A DNA stretch of 64,000 nucleotides from Octopus vulgaris (GCA_951406725.2 OX597832.1:25544001-25608000); one strand, 5' to 3'. Positions 39,056 through 54,962 are shown, counted from the stretch's first letter. Notes: a model not told the origin generated them from the letters alone. Translations and numbers: made by a program.

Positions 39056-39126
39056 GCATCGATGATTCTGTGGTAGAATGCTCGCCTGTCACTCGGGTAG
39101 CCCGGGTTCGATTCCCGGTCGATGTA
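39056..39126 (+). tRNA. tRNA-Gly(GCC)-derived gene or pseudogene with GTC (Asp) anticodon
   Basis: 71-nt near-match to the invertebrate tRNA-Gly-GCC sequence GCATCGGTGGTTCAGTGGTAGAATGCTCGCCTGCCACGCGGG... (recalled); intact B box GGTTCGATTCC; anticodon 39088-39090 is GTC; TTTTT terminator follows; A14 lost and a C-T mismatch in the anticodon stem. Confidence 0.8.
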
Positions 39127-39137
39127 ATTTAATTTTT

Positions 39138-39281
39138 AGGCGCAAGAGTGACTGTGTGGTACGCAGCTTGCTTACCAACCACATGGCACTTTGGCTAAGT
39201 GTCTTCTACTATAGCCTCGGGCCGACCAAAGCCTTGTGAGTAGACGGAAACTGAAAGAAGCCCATCATGTATATGTAAGTG

Positions 39282-39314
<33 letters not shown>

Positions 39315-39570
39315 ATATGTATATATATATGTGTGTGTGTGTGCGTGTGTGTGTGTGTTTGTGTGTCTGTGTTTGTCCCCCAACATCGCTTGATAACGGA
39401 TGCTGGTGTGTTTACGTCCCGTTATGTAGCGGTTCGGCAAAAAGAGACGGTTGACTAAGTACTAGGCTTACAAAGAATATATCCTGAGGTCGATTTGCTC
39501 CACTAAAGGCGATGCTACAGCATGGCCGCAGTCATAATCTCTGAAACAAATACAAGAATGAAAAAGAATA
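39138..39570 (+). mobile_element. SINE family A, directly after the tRNA copy
   Basis: Head, microsatellite spacer and tail present, with internal deletions. Confidence 0.8.
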
Positions 39571-40184
39571 AGAAGAATAATGCGTATGTACGTATGCATG
39601 TATGTATAGATGGATGGATGCGTGTCGTGTGTAGCTTCGTACAGGCTGAGAGTGAGAGAGAGACAGAGAGAGAGTGAGAGAGAGACAAAGAAAGAGAGAG
39701 AGAGAGGGAGAGAGACAGAGAGACAGAGACAGACAGACAGACAGACAGATAGACAGACAGACAGATAGAGAGAGAGACAGAGAGAGGGACAGAGACAGAG
39801 AGAGACGGAGACAGAGAGAGACAGACAGAGAGACAGAGAGACAGAGAGACAGAGAGACAGAAAGAGAGAGAGAGGGACAAAGAGAGAGAGAGAGAGAGAA
39901 ATGATGTTTGGCCCCTGTCGTAAATGTGTTTACATTCACAATACAGAAGTAAAGAGGGTTTTTTCTTTCTCGATTTCTTTTGTATTATTTTGTCTTTTTC
40001 TTTTGAGGGTAGAAGGTCGGAGCATTGTAATAACAGCGGCATCTATCCTACTCATCCTTGCCACACACCCACTTGTACGCATATCGGCATTTCTCTACAA
40101 AACAGGCACGCGCACACAAACACACAGATATATACGCATATATACATATATATACATATATTTATATGTATATATATGTATATA

Positions 40185-40217
<33 letters not shown>

Positions 40218-40282
40218 GTAAAATCTCTCTATATATATAAATGTATATATATATATATATATATATATATGTAAAATCTCTC

Positions 40283-40328
<46 letters not shown>

Positions 40329-40391
40329 GATAGATAGGTATGTATGTATACATGCGCAAATGCATATCTATATGAACATATAATATATATA

Positions 40392-40466
<75 letters not shown>

Positions 40467-40730
40467 ATGTATATATATGCATATATATATATACGTCTAT
40501 ATGCACACAAATACATATGTGTATATGTGCCTATACGTATGCATGCTTGTATGCATGTATGTATAAACAATTAACACGAGTGTCCTTGGGGTTATAATAT
40601 ACCATCCATGCATAATGCGAATATTGGATTGTCCGCATGTACTTGTACACTCATTCTTTTGTGCACAAAAACTTATATGTGCACCCCCACCACACACATA
40701 CATATACAATACACTTTCGGTCTTTTTCTT

Positions 40731-40787
<57 letters not shown>

Positions 40788-40954
40788 GTATACATTCATG
40801 TATATATACACACATATATATATACTTATATATACATACATATATATATGTTATATACATATACACACACACATAATTGTATGTATGTTTATCTATTGAA
40901 ACATCTCTGTAAATCTACCCATATATGCGTGTATATATAATATATTTATGAATA

Positions 40955-41009
<55 letters not shown>

Positions 41010-41038
41010 GTGTGTGTATAAATATATATGCAGATATA

Positions 41039-41070
<32 letters not shown>

Positions 41071-41131
41071 CATACATATGTGTATACATAAGTATATAAT
41101 AGAAATATGTTACAAAAAGAAAATATATATA

Positions 41132-41170
<39 letters not shown>

Positions 41171-41732
41171 GTATATTTGTGTATACGTATATATGCATAC
41201 ATACATATATTGATCCATACATAAGTTGGTACGTATGTCCAAAGAATCCAGCATGGACACACATACAAAGGCAAGTGTGATCGTGTGTGTATATATATAT
41301 ATCATTACCACATCCGACTATACACATTGCATGCATGTATACAACTGTATACACACACACATACACACATACATGTATACATACTTATACACACACTCAC
41401 ACACACACACAAACAGACACATATATATATACATATTGTGGGGGGACACGGATACATGTATGTACAATCACATGCAATCATTTATTGGTATCTCTCTGGA
41501 AGCACAGCACACACTGAAACAAACTCTCACACACAAACGCATGTCATTTTTTGACGTTATATATATGCTTGCGTAAACAATTAAGACAAATTTTCTGAAG
41601 GTTACAAAGTATAATACACAAGCACACACACTCACACACACATATACACTTATATACACATGTGTGCATGTGTGTGTATTGCGTATGTGCCCATAAATAT
41701 CAGTTTATATCTCAGTGTAAATGTATATATAC

Positions 41733-41778
<46 letters not shown>

Positions 41779-42199
41779 CGATGTATAAAATGGTATATAA
41801 GTATATAATGACAGCAACAACGCGATATGTAACAATAATGACTATATACGAACTGATGTGCATGCTAGAGGAAGACACCACCAGCAACACCTGCTTCGCT
41901 GCTACCAGCAACAGCAGCAGAAACAGCAGCGCGATACACACTTGCCGTGTACGCTGTACTACAATATGATCTCGTGAACAATTTTACACACGCTATCCCT
42001 AATATAAAAATACGCTGCCATATTCCCTGGGTTGCAAATATGTGAAATTTCTCCAAGTCTTCATTATTACCATTATTTCATTTCTTCTGTTATTATATTT
42101 GTCGTATTTTATTCGATTCCTTATTGTTGAAGCTGTCATCATTTGCATTCTTGTTTTTATATTAGTTTCGTTTTAGTTATATTTCGTTATATCTGTAAT

Positions 42200-43330
<1,131 letters not shown>

Positions 43331-43619
43331 CTACTGCTGCTAGTTTTACTATTAATGATAGTGTTTTCTGATTTTCACAGAAGGTTAGTAGCGACCCCAG
43401 TGCATGACTGGTACTTTACTTTGTAGTCCTTGGATGGATCAAAGGGGCTAAATCACCATCGGCTGGATTTGAACTCTTAACGCTGGAAAAATCCTTCACA
43501 GGAGGAGGAGGACGACGACGACGAGGAGAAGAAGAAGAAAAAGAAGAAGAAGAAGAAGAAGAAGAAGAAGAAGAAGAAGAAGAAGAAGAAGAAGAAGATA
43601 TGATCAAGAAACAAAGGCA

Positions 43620-43915
43620 GCAGTTTTGAGGGGAGGGGGTTATTCGACCCTTCGTATCTGTTTCGTACTTCCATTGACAAGGCTGATCTGGATGCAGAAT
43701 TTCCTCTGACGAACTTTCTCTCTTAGTTCCAGACCACTTTATGCAATCTCGTCTGACTCCAAATTCAAAAGGTCTTCATCAAGAATTCTGTTGTGCTTCC
43801 ACAAACAAGGTCTTTCTACGGCTGAAGCTTCTTGCCTTGAACTGCCAAACTATGGAACTCTCCGTTTTTCTCCTTCTTATGACCTGAACTCTCTTCAGTC
43901 AAAAGTAAATTAAAT
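43620..43915 (+). mobile_element. Decayed LINE 3' end (Jockey/CR1-group)
   Basis: FLP*TAKLWNS..SYDLNSLQSKVN matches the typical ORF2 terminal motif. Confidence 0.5.
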
Positions 43916-44359
43916 TCTTTCGTCTTAATTTTTCTTTCTTCATAATTCCTTACATTAAATGGATTCTTCCCTTGTTTGGAACTTTATTATTAAAAAGAAA
44001 AATAATAATAATTTTAAAATGCATTTACCAAAGCCTCGTGGTGTTGCGTCTGGGCCCACTTTGCAAAGAAAGCGCACCATAAAATAAGAATCTATTGAAA
44101 CGATCGCATTTTTTTTATTGCCTCTAGGAATAAAACAGAAAAAAATGGTAGATGTTACCAGGTTTATGTTACAAGAATGACAGAGTTTTATTTTACATGA
44201 CTGAGTATAGAAAAACACAGACGTCGAATCCAAGAAGAAGAAAAGAAATATAAAGGAAACGGTGATGATGATGATGACGACGACGACGATGATGATGATG
44301 ATGATGAAGATGATGATAGCGATGATGATGATGATGATGATGATGAAGATGATGATAGC

Positions 44360-44453
<94 letters not shown>

Positions 44454-44796
44454 GTGATGATGGCGATGATGATGATGATGGCGATGATGATGATTATTGT
44501 GGTGGTGGTGGTGGTGGTGATGGTCATGGTGATGATGGTGACGGCGGTGATGGTGAAGACGTCGATGGTTTTTATTAGCAGCCATAAATGTTTATAAGCC
44601 AGAGGAGAAACTAAAATGCAATGAACAGCTTTGACTTTTAAAATAAAAACTGAAGGTGTGTGTGTATGCGTGTGTGTGTGTGTGCCTGTGTGTATGCATT
44701 GGTGTGTATCTATACATATATACATACACATATACATAGATACACATACATATGTATATATGTTTACACATAAATAAATCAATATATATACACGAG

Positions 44797-44863
<67 letters not shown>

Positions 44864-45148
44864 CTATAAACACGTTCATATATATACATATATATATATA
44901 TATTTATATTTATATATACGAGTGTGTGTGTGTATTGCGTGTGTGTATCTCTTTCTTTTTCTCTATCACTCTCTATATCTCTTTAAATAGTCACACACAC
45001 ACAGACATTTACATACACATACTAACACACACACACTCTTACGCACAAACACACATACACACACACGTATGCTTGTCTGTGTGTGTTATCTGTTTATGTG
45101 TGTTGCGTGTGTGTATGTATATGTATGTGTAGGTATATGTATGTGTAC

Positions 45149-45193
<45 letters not shown>

Positions 45194-45439
45194 TGTGTGT
45201 CTATATAACTGTAATATAAATGCAAACACGAGCATAACGTTTCAAAACATCTTTCGCCAGTAATAAAATCGAAATATTAGAGGTAAATAGCAAAATGAGA
45301 GAAACAAAAATTGGCAGCCTTACGCTCCCCCGCCAGAATTGCCCTCCACACATAAAACAAACCCAGTGAGACTCAATCTGGACTTATTTCTGTGCTAGCA
45401 ACAGCAGAAATGTAATACAACAACAACAACAACAACAGC

Positions 45440-45471
<32 letters not shown>

Positions 45472-45524
45472 AGGTGGTGGTGATGGTGTGAAGGTAATGG
45501 TTGCGGTGGTGGCGGTGTTGACGA

Positions 45525-45555
<31 letters not shown>

Positions 45556-45610
45556 GATGATGATGATGATGATGACGATGATGATGATGATGACGATGAT
45601 GATGATGATG

Positions 45611-46161
45611 ATTTCATTTATTTGCCACAAGGGCGAAGGACGAGAGGAGACAATACAGAGACAGGCATAAAGTGTCGGGGTTTACATATAATAATGAAAT
45701 GATAAAGAAAGCAAAGAAAGAAAGAAAGATAGAAAGAAAGAAAGAAAGAAAGAAAGAAAAAAGGAAAGAAAGAAGGAGGGAAAGAAAGAAAGAGGGAAAT
45801 AAAGAAAGAAAATATACACTGCATATACTTAGAAAGAAGGGACATATGCATAGCATACAAGGATTAAAAGAAAAAGTGGTGGGGAGGATGATAGATTTGT
45901 GGCCCTTCATTTACAGGGAAGGCTTCTCGAGATAATCGAGGAGTCCCACTGTTCGAGATTTCCCTGAAAACCTAGGAACAAGAGCCCCCTCCAATTCCTT
46001 CTCTCCGACTCACAGGTCTACACTTAAAAGAAGTACCACCCACACTTGTCATTTTCGCAGTTTTCATCCACCTTTCGATAAATTTACTTGAGGACAGGAC
46101 TTCACTCTCCACTCTCAATTTCCTTTTCAAGTGAAGCTTGAAGAAGTCAAGACCTCTACCA
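45611..46161 (-). mobile_element. Tx1-like LINE 3' end, diverged subfamily
   Basis: FFKLHLKRKLRVESEVLSSSKFIERWMKTAKM is similar to 32964-33066; same CCCTTGTGG..AATAAA tail. Confidence 0.6.
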
Positions 46162-46290
<129 letters not shown>

Positions 46291-46534
46291 AAGAAGAAGA
46301 AACCCGTACTTTACCAACATACCAAAGTCCAACATAGAAGCACACTGGGTCAACTGACATCCACATTTTATCCAAGCACCCGCAGGACCCAACACTCAGA
46401 CAAGTACAGGAGTACGACTTCAGTCGTCATAAATGAAACGCACCCCCATACTAAATAGGAGATACACATAGAAGGTTGTGGTACCCCAATACCCACAGTT
46501 TATATATACACAGTTGGATCTGTTAGTAGGCTGT

Positions 46535-46572
<38 letters not shown>

Positions 46573-47687
46573 TAGATAAATGGATATGTAGGCAAACAGA
46601 TAGATAAGTAGATAGATAGCTATATATGTATTGCGCACAGACAAGCACACACACATACCCAAAAGGAGACGGAAACACTTGACACACACACACACACATA
46701 CAAACACACAAATATACAAACATGAACTCACAAACATGCTGAATACATACATACAGACATACACACACGGATTCACACATTCACGCATACACACACATAT
46801 ATATATATATGCATATATATATATATATGTATACACATACATAATACATACATATGTGTATACACATGCTCTCTGAGGCACAAACAAACAAACAAACAAA
46901 CACAGCTCCGATAACGAACAGAGTCAACAACAAAAATTGAGTGGAAATTGAACCGGCGAGTGTGTTAATTAATAAGGCACTAAAACAAAATGACTCTCCC
47001 CAGACACAACAAAGTATAATTTTTCTTTATTCCTTTATTAGCTTCAGTCATCGAACAGTGGCCACGTCCAGCTAGGGGAAAACTTTTATTCGAACAATGG
47101 ACATGCTGAACACAGGACATATATTTTTTATTGTTGTATGGTTGTCTTGGGCTTTGTTAAACGACTAGAATCGATTGAGGTGGAAATATGTTTAAAAGCG
47201 TTTCAGTCGTGACCATACCGTTTGGTTTTTATCTCTCGGATATTGTATTATACATCGAAATCAGTTATCGAATATGTCCGTCCTTTATTATGACGATGGT
47301 CGGGTGGGGTCTGTTGGGGATCTGGACAGCGTTTTGGCTAAACAAGATGAACATACGTTTCTCGACTGGTGGTGGTGGTGGTGGTGGTGGTGGTGGTGAT
47401 GGTGGTGGTGGTGTGTCAGCAACTATAAGGATTTCATGTTTTCTGAACGGAAAACGACATAAACGTCTCTCTTACTCACTCTAACGTAGACACGAACATA
47501 CACACACACAAACACTCATTTACATACACACACACACATACATACATACGTACATACATACATACATACATACATACATACATACATACATACATACATA
47601 CACATAACACACAAACATACGCACGCACGTATATAGACACACGCACACATACGCACACACGTGTATATATATATATATGTTTGTGTG

Positions 47688-48050
47688 TATGTGTTTGTTC
47701 CCCCAACATCGCTTGACAACCGATGCTGATGTGTTTACGTCCCCGTAATCTAACGGTTCGACATTAGAGACCGATAGAATAAGTACTAGGCTTACAAAGA
47801 ATAAGTCCTGGGGTCGATTTGCTTGACTAAAGGCGGTGCTCCAGCATGGCCACAGTCAAATGACTGAAACAAGTAAAAGAGTAAATAGAGTATAGGCGCA
47901 GGCGTAGCTGTGTGGTAAGAAGCTCCCTTCCTAACCAGATGGCTTCCGGTTCAGTCCCACCACGTGCGTGACACATTGATCAAATGTCTTGGGGCCGACC
48001 AAAACCTTAAGAGTGGATTTGGTAGACAGAAATTGAAAGAAGCTCGTTGT
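47688..48050 (+). mobile_element. SINE family A tail followed by a new head (tandem junction)
   Basis: Tail 47688-47890, then TATAGGCGCAGG head 47891-48050. Confidence 0.8.
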
Positions 48051-48155
48051 ATTTGTATGTGGGTTTGTGCATGTGTTTGATATATATACATACATATATA
48101 TATTTATTTATATTATTTATTTATTTATTTATTTATTTCTATACCATTTTTGCAG

Positions 48156-48277
48156 ATAGAGCTCCATATTAAGGAACACGAGGAACTGTCCCAGTGTGTT
48201 TCTGAACTGGAAAAAACTAATTTAGAGAAAATGAAGCATTTATTCGAAATAAACGCGAATGACTTAAGAATATCAAG
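48156..48277 (+). CDS. CCDC83: CCDC83-like exon 7 (IELHIKEHEELSQCVSELEKTNLEKMKHLFEINANDLRIS)
   Basis: TTTTTGCAG acceptor, AG|GTGAGT donor; 122 nt, phase 0 to 2; resembles [23 protein letters not shown]...DLKIPR. Not present in the ORF track. Confidence 0.88.
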
Positions 48278-48644
48278 GTGAGTATATTAATATATCGCTG
48301 GTCACAGTGCGCTTTATATCGTTTTAGTCTTTTGTTAAACAAACCAGCCTTTCTGTCTGGGAAAGCAGACCACCTTTTTCCCTGATCGGAAGGCTTGTTC
48401 ATCCCAGGGACACTGGGATACGTAACACACTGCGTAAATACCAATCTTGAGAAATTAGGATTCTCAAAACCAGAAAGGAGGAAGCTGATTCGAAGACTAC
48501 AGATCCAATCCATCACTGGAACTGTAAAAATCTGTAAACCTTTACAGAGGTTTAGCATTTAAATATATATGTGCATGTCTAGATATGCAACTATATGCAT
48601 GAGAATACATACATAAAACAAAGCATTCAAATTTGCACAAATGC

Positions 48645-48675
<31 letters not shown>

Positions 48676-49021
48676 CATACATACATACATACATACAAAC
48701 AAACAAAAATACCCTGCTATTGATGTTGAAAATTCCAATGAAGGGGCCTTGGATCTAGGTTAGAAATCGACTCCCTCTCTATTGGCAAGAGATCTTGAAA
48801 TAAAACTGAATAATGACATACATACATACATACATACATACATACATACATACATACATACGTACGTACATACATACAATACATACATACATACATACAT
48901 ACATACATACATACATACATACATACGTACGTACGTACATATATACACACACACATGCATATATACACACATACATACACACACACATACATACATACTT
49001 ACATACATACATACCTTGGGC

Positions 49022-49402
49022 GGAAGCACTCCGTCGGTTACGACGACGAGGGTTCCGGTTGATCCGATCAACGGAACAGCCTGCTCGTGAAATTAACGTG
49101 TAAGTGGCTGAGCACTCCACAGACACGTGTACCCTTAACGTAGTTCTCGGTGATATTCAGCGTGACACAGAGAGTGAGAAGGCCGGCCCTTTGAAATACA
49201 GGTACAAGAGAGTCAGGAAGTAAGAGTGAGAGAAAGTTGTGGCGAAAGAGTACAGCAGGGATCACCACCATCCCCTGCCGGAGCCTCGTAGACCTTTAGG
49301 TGTTTTCGCTCAATAAACACTCACAACGCCCGGTCTGGGAATCGAAACCGCGATCCTACGACCGCGAGTCCGCTGCCCTAACCACTGGGCCATTGCGCCT
49401 CC
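49022..49402 (-). mobile_element. SINE family B
   Basis: Reverse-complement match to 61148-61531. Confidence 0.88.
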
Positions 49403-49672
49403 ACTCATACATACCTACATACCTACATACATACATACATACATACATACATACATACATACATACATACATACATACATACATACATACAAACAATACC
49501 CTGTTGATGTTGAAATTCCAATGAAGGAGCCTTGGATCTAGGTGAGAAACCGATTCTTTCTCTATTGAAAAGAAATCATGAAATAAAACTAAACAATGAT
49601 ATACATAAACACACACGTACCCACACAATCGTTTTATTCCAGTTTGTTATTTTTCTTTCCCCATCTGGACAG

Positions 49673-49800
49673 AACTGCAATTCTCAACCAATGCTCAGAA
49701 TCCGATGACATGGAAGCAAGTCCGAGTGCAATTGAGATTGATTTGGCAAACATAATCAATAATTGGTCAAAGAGAGTTGATATCAATACCAAAGCGATAG
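49673..49800 (+). CDS. CCDC83: CCDC83-like exon 8 (RTAILNQCSESDDMEASPSAIEIDLANIINNWSKRVDINTKAI)
   Basis: Pyrimidine tract plus GACAG acceptor, G|GTAGGT donor; 128 nt, phase 2 to 1, in frame with exon 7. Confidence 0.75.
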
Positions 49801-50209
49801 GTAGGTCTCATATTAAATGTCTCTTAATTGCAACGCATTCTATTTTGACATCTTGTCCTTCTTATTCTCACGACATAGTACTGTCGAGGTGTCTCTTATT
49901 TCTGAAATCATGGTTCTGCCTGGTGGTCCACCGATTCGGGTAAGTCGCATTGTGAGATAATTATACGGATGTAAGAACAGGATCCAACGGCAAATCTGCT
50001 AGAAATAGTAACTAAAATTACTAGAAGTATAAAAAGAAGATAAATTGCAAACGCTCGAGGGGAAGACATTGAACAAAGTGGATTGATTGCATCAAAGACT
50101 GGATTAAACTACCACACGGTAAATGTGTTAGAATGGCAGAGAAAAGACTCGAATGAGGATCCTTGATATTCAACCGGCTGAGCGCAGATGATATCTAATC
50201 AATCAAATG

Positions 50210-50821
50210 TTTTGTTTTGTTTGTTCGTTCTCGAGCCATGCCAGGCTCATAAGGGCCGGTTTCCCGGTTTCCTTGGCATATAGGTTCCCCATCTGGACGA
50301 TACGCCGGTCCGTTGCAGGTGAGCTGCAAGATGCAGGAGGAAAGAGTGAGAGAAAGTTGTGGCGAAAGAGTCAGCAGAAGTTCGCCATTACCTTCTGCCG
50401 GAGCCGCGTGGAGCTTAGGTGTTTCGCCCATAAACACACACATCGGCCGGTCTGAGATTCGAACCCGCGATCCCCCGACCGCGAGTCCGCTGCCCTAACC
50501 ACTAGGCCATGTTCCTCCACAAATGTTCCTTCTCGAGCCATGCCTGGCTCATAAGGGCCGGTTTCCCGGTTTCCTTGGCGTATAGGTTCCCCCACCGGGA
50601 CGGGACGCCGGTCCGTCGAAGGTGAGCTGCAAGATACAGGAGGAAAGAGTGAGAGAAAGTTGTGGCGAAAGAGTCAGCAGAAGTTCGCCATTACCTCCTG
50701 CCGGAGCCGCGTGGAGCTTAGGTGTTTCGCCCATAAACACACACATCGGCCGGTCTGAGATTCGAACCCGCGATCCCTCGACCGCGAGTCCGATGCTCTA
50801 ACCACTGGGCCATGTGCCTCC
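50210..50821 (-). mobile_element. Head-to-tail dimer of a SINE B variant with an alternative tail, 13-bp TSD
   Basis: Two roughly 300-bp monomers; AATCAATCAAATG at 50197-50209 and 50822-50834. Confidence 0.85.
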
Positions 50822-51444
50822 AATCAATCAAATGATAAATATGGAGACGGGTGAAAGACAAGGGAGTAAACTATTCCCGAACAGAGAATAAACATATTAC
50901 GTGTTGGACAAAATCTAAGCACAGCGAAATCTCTTACTCTGTGGCTTCTACCATTTCGTGGTACTCGGAGTGCAAGCAATGCTGCTAATGAATAAATATT
51001 GTAAGCGTCACTTCCAATTTTTGTAATAATTACATCGACATCACTGGAACATTTTCGATGCTTTCATTAATACTCATGAACAAATAGCTTTAGACATACG
51101 TAACTACATAGCATCCATTGTACATGCACAAAACCACATCACATACGTGTGGGTGTCGATGTATGTATGTATGTATGTATGTATGTATGTATGTATGTAT
51201 GTATGTATGTATGTATGTATGCATATATATATATATGCATATATATACATGTATAGAGAGAGGCAGAGATAGATAGCTAGATAGATACTTGATAGATAGA
51301 TAAATAAATGTGGGTATATATAAACATATAATATATATATATATATATATATGCGTAAATTTAAGCAAGCTATTATATGCACGTATATGTATTATACATA
51401 AATACGTATTATACATAAATATGTATTATACATAAATATATAGA

Positions 51445-51484
<40 letters not shown>

Positions 51485-51642
51485 CATATATATACATATA
51501 TATACATGTACATGTATATATAATATGTACATATGAACACACACACATTATCTATATATATGAATGCATATACAATTGCCCATATAAATGTGTATATATA
51601 TATGTATGTATATGCACAGATATACGTATATATATATATACT

Positions 51643-51678
<36 letters not shown>

Positions 51679-51964
51679 CACACATATATATTCATATACT
51701 TATGTATATATATATACAGATATATATACATATTCATATACATATACATACACATATATATATATATATGTATATGCACACACGTTTATACGTATATTGT
51801 GCAATACGGGCTCAATAATTGGTAATTAGACGACTAATATTTCCTCGCTGACACGATTTTACTATTTAGCATATGTGTACGACATTAATTGCCTTCATCT
51901 GAAATGATTAACACTTCAGAAATATCATCGTTATCATCATCATCATCATCATCATCATCACCAA

Positions 51965-52010
<46 letters not shown>

Positions 52011-52069
52011 GTCATCGTCATCATTATCATCATCATCATCATCGTCATCATCACCATCATCATCGTCAC

Positions 52070-52117
<48 letters not shown>

Positions 52118-52155
52118 TGTCAATATCACCATCGTCATCGTCATCATCATCATCG

Positions 52156-52208
<53 letters not shown>

Positions 52209-52509
52209 GTTTCTTCTTCAGCAGCGGTAGTGATTGCGTGATCTCTTTGATAGCAGGTCTGTACGATAAGCACTTGATGTTATACAATAACAACAACAAA
52301 GGCAACAGCAACAACAACAAAAATAACAATAACAATAACTGCAATAACATCAACAACAACGTCTTCGTGATTTCTCAGTTTGGTTCAAGGTCTTCAAAGT
52401 GTGGCATAAAATTAATTGGTAAATCTTTAGCTGTTGTCTAAATCATAAACTCAGCAGCAATTTCATCGCTTCATCTTTTTGTTCTGTCGCTCATTATTAT
52501 TATTATTAA

Positions 52510-52563
<54 letters not shown>

Positions 52564-52585
52564 CATTATTATTATTATTATCATC

Positions 52586-52798
52586 AAGGCGGCGAGCTGG
52601 TAGAATCGTTAGCGCGCTGGACGAAATGCTTAGCGGTATTTCACCCGTCACTACGTTCTGGGTTCAAATTCTGCCGAGGTCGACCTTGCCTTTCATCCTT
52701 TCGGGGTCGATACATTAAGTACCAGTGAAATACTGCAGTCGATGTAACCGAGTCATCCCCACCCCCAAAACTGCTGATCTTGGGGAAAAAATTGAAAC
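52586..52798 (+). mobile_element. SINE family D
   Basis: Consensus match, flanked by (TTA)n. Confidence 0.8.
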
Positions 52799-52814
52799 CA
52801 TTATTATTATTATT

Positions 52815-53024
52815 CAGTAGTTTTATTTTTATAGCGTGCTTTCACTTCACTGCCGAGCGCAGCTCTGTGTGCCTTGGGTATGTGCTGTGATTTGTTGTGA
52901 TGCTCTGATGGTTATTGTATGGAAAGTGTTCTGCGTAGGATGTGTGCAGTGCCTAGTAGTGCAATTTTCTGTATGTAATATGTGTTTGTAAGTCCTGGTG
53001 TTTTCTTATGTATTTGTCTGAATA

Positions 53025-53026
<2 letters not shown>
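52815..53026 (-). mobile_element. R4/Dong-clade LINE extreme 3' end in (TAA)n
   Basis: TPGLTNTYYIQKIALLGTAHILRRTLSIQ* plus 3' UTR, with (TAA)n on both sides. Confidence 0.8.
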
Positions 53027-53097
<71 letters not shown>

Positions 53098-53256
53098 GTT
53101 GTTGTTGCTGTTATTGTTATCGCATGAGATGCCGTAGCTCATAGTTTTTAAGAGCGTAAGATATATTTATAAGGGGTCTTAAACAATAACAGTTATTAGC
53201 AATAATAAAGCAACTAAGACTCACACAACGGTATTTAGCAGCAGCATCATCATCAT

Positions 53257-53297
<41 letters not shown>

Positions 53298-53636
53298 ATA
53301 GTAGTAGTAGTAGTAGTAGATGACAGTAAAAATTGTAATAAACACCGAGAAAGAAAAAATACATTAAACACACATCCACGCACAAATACACTCAAACACA
53401 CGCGCGCGTACACAAACATTAATATACACACATACACAACATCATCATCATCATCATCATCATCATCAACATCATCATCATCATCATCGTCGTCATCATC
53501 ATCTTCACCATCATCATCATCATCATCATCGTCATCATCATCATCGTCATCATCATCATCGTCGTCATCATCATCTTCACCATCATCATCATCATCATCA
53601 TCGTCATCATCATCATCGTCATCATCATCATCGTCG

Positions 53637-53677
<41 letters not shown>

Positions 53678-54126
53678 GTCATCATCATCATCATCGTCAT
53701 CATCATCAACATGATCGTCGTCGTCGTCGTCGTTGTCATCAGCGTGGTGGAGCTGCTGACACAGTTTATGAAACTTAATGACCATTTGGTCTGAAAGAAG
53801 CTGATAACAAATTTAAAAAAAAACAAAAAAAAACAAACAAACAGAAAGCAACAACAACAAAAAAAGCAAAAAAACAAAAAAGGCTAATCTAAACCTAAAC
53901 CATTTACCATTTCTCCCATTCCAGACTGAATTCGGTCGTTTCAGAGATCGTCTTTTTGCCAATTCTTACTCAGGGGACAACCAATTAGATTATAAGGAAT
54001 GTAATTAAGGATAATTAATTGGCAGTCTTCCCCCCTAATAACAGGTATTGCGTTCGACTACGAACCATTGTTAAAAAATTGTTACTGCACTTGTAGCTTT
54101 ACTCTTGAGGTTTATTGTTGTTGTCG

Positions 54127-54158
<32 letters not shown>

Positions 54159-54962
54159 GGTGGTGGTGGTGGTGGTGGTGGTGGTGGTGGTGGTGGTGCG
54201 GATGGTGAGGTTGTTGCTATTGTTGGTGATGGTGGCGGTGGTGGCAGTGGTGATTCTGGTGTTGATGTTCTTATTGTTGGTGGTGATGGTGGTGGTGGTG
54301 GTGGTGGTGGTGGTGGTGATGGTGATTTTGGCTAGTAATACTGATGGTGATAGTGGTAGTGATGGTGATGGTGATGGTGATGGTAATGGTGCCTCGTGAT
54401 GATGGTACAGATGGTGGTGGTGGTGGTGATGCTGATCTTGGTGATGTGATGGTAGTGATTGTGGTGGTGGTGGTGGTGGTTGCGGTGGTGGTGGCGGCTA
54501 GTGATACTCATGCTGATGGTGATAATGATTGTGATGGTGCCTGGTGATGGTAGTGGTAGTAGTGGTGGTTGTGGTGGTTGTGGTGGTGATGGTGATCTTG
54601 GTAGTGATGATGATGATGATGATGGTAGTGAAGGTGCCTGATGATTGTGCCTGGTGATGGTGGCTGGTTGTGGTGGTGAGCTTGTTGGTGATGATGATGA
54701 TAGTGATTGTGGTGGTGGCGATGGTACTAGTGGTGGTAGAGGTGGTGGTGATGGTGATGGCAATGATGGTAGCATTGATGGTAGCGCTGGTGACGATGGC
54801 TGTGGTAGCAATGGTGATGGTGAGGATGGTAGTAGGAGTGGGAGGCGGTGGTGGTGGTGGCGCTGGTGGTTGTATATCATATCGTAATTGCTCTTGTGGC
54901 AGTGGTTGTTGTGCGAATGGTAATCCTATAGTGCTTGCTGCTATTTCGATAGCAGCAGCAAC

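Noticed and set aside
53730-53800. Minus-strand TTCTTTCAG acceptor leading into MVIKFHKLCQQLHHADD...
   Set aside because: Runs directly into a (GAT)n microsatellite; no donor, partner exon or homology.
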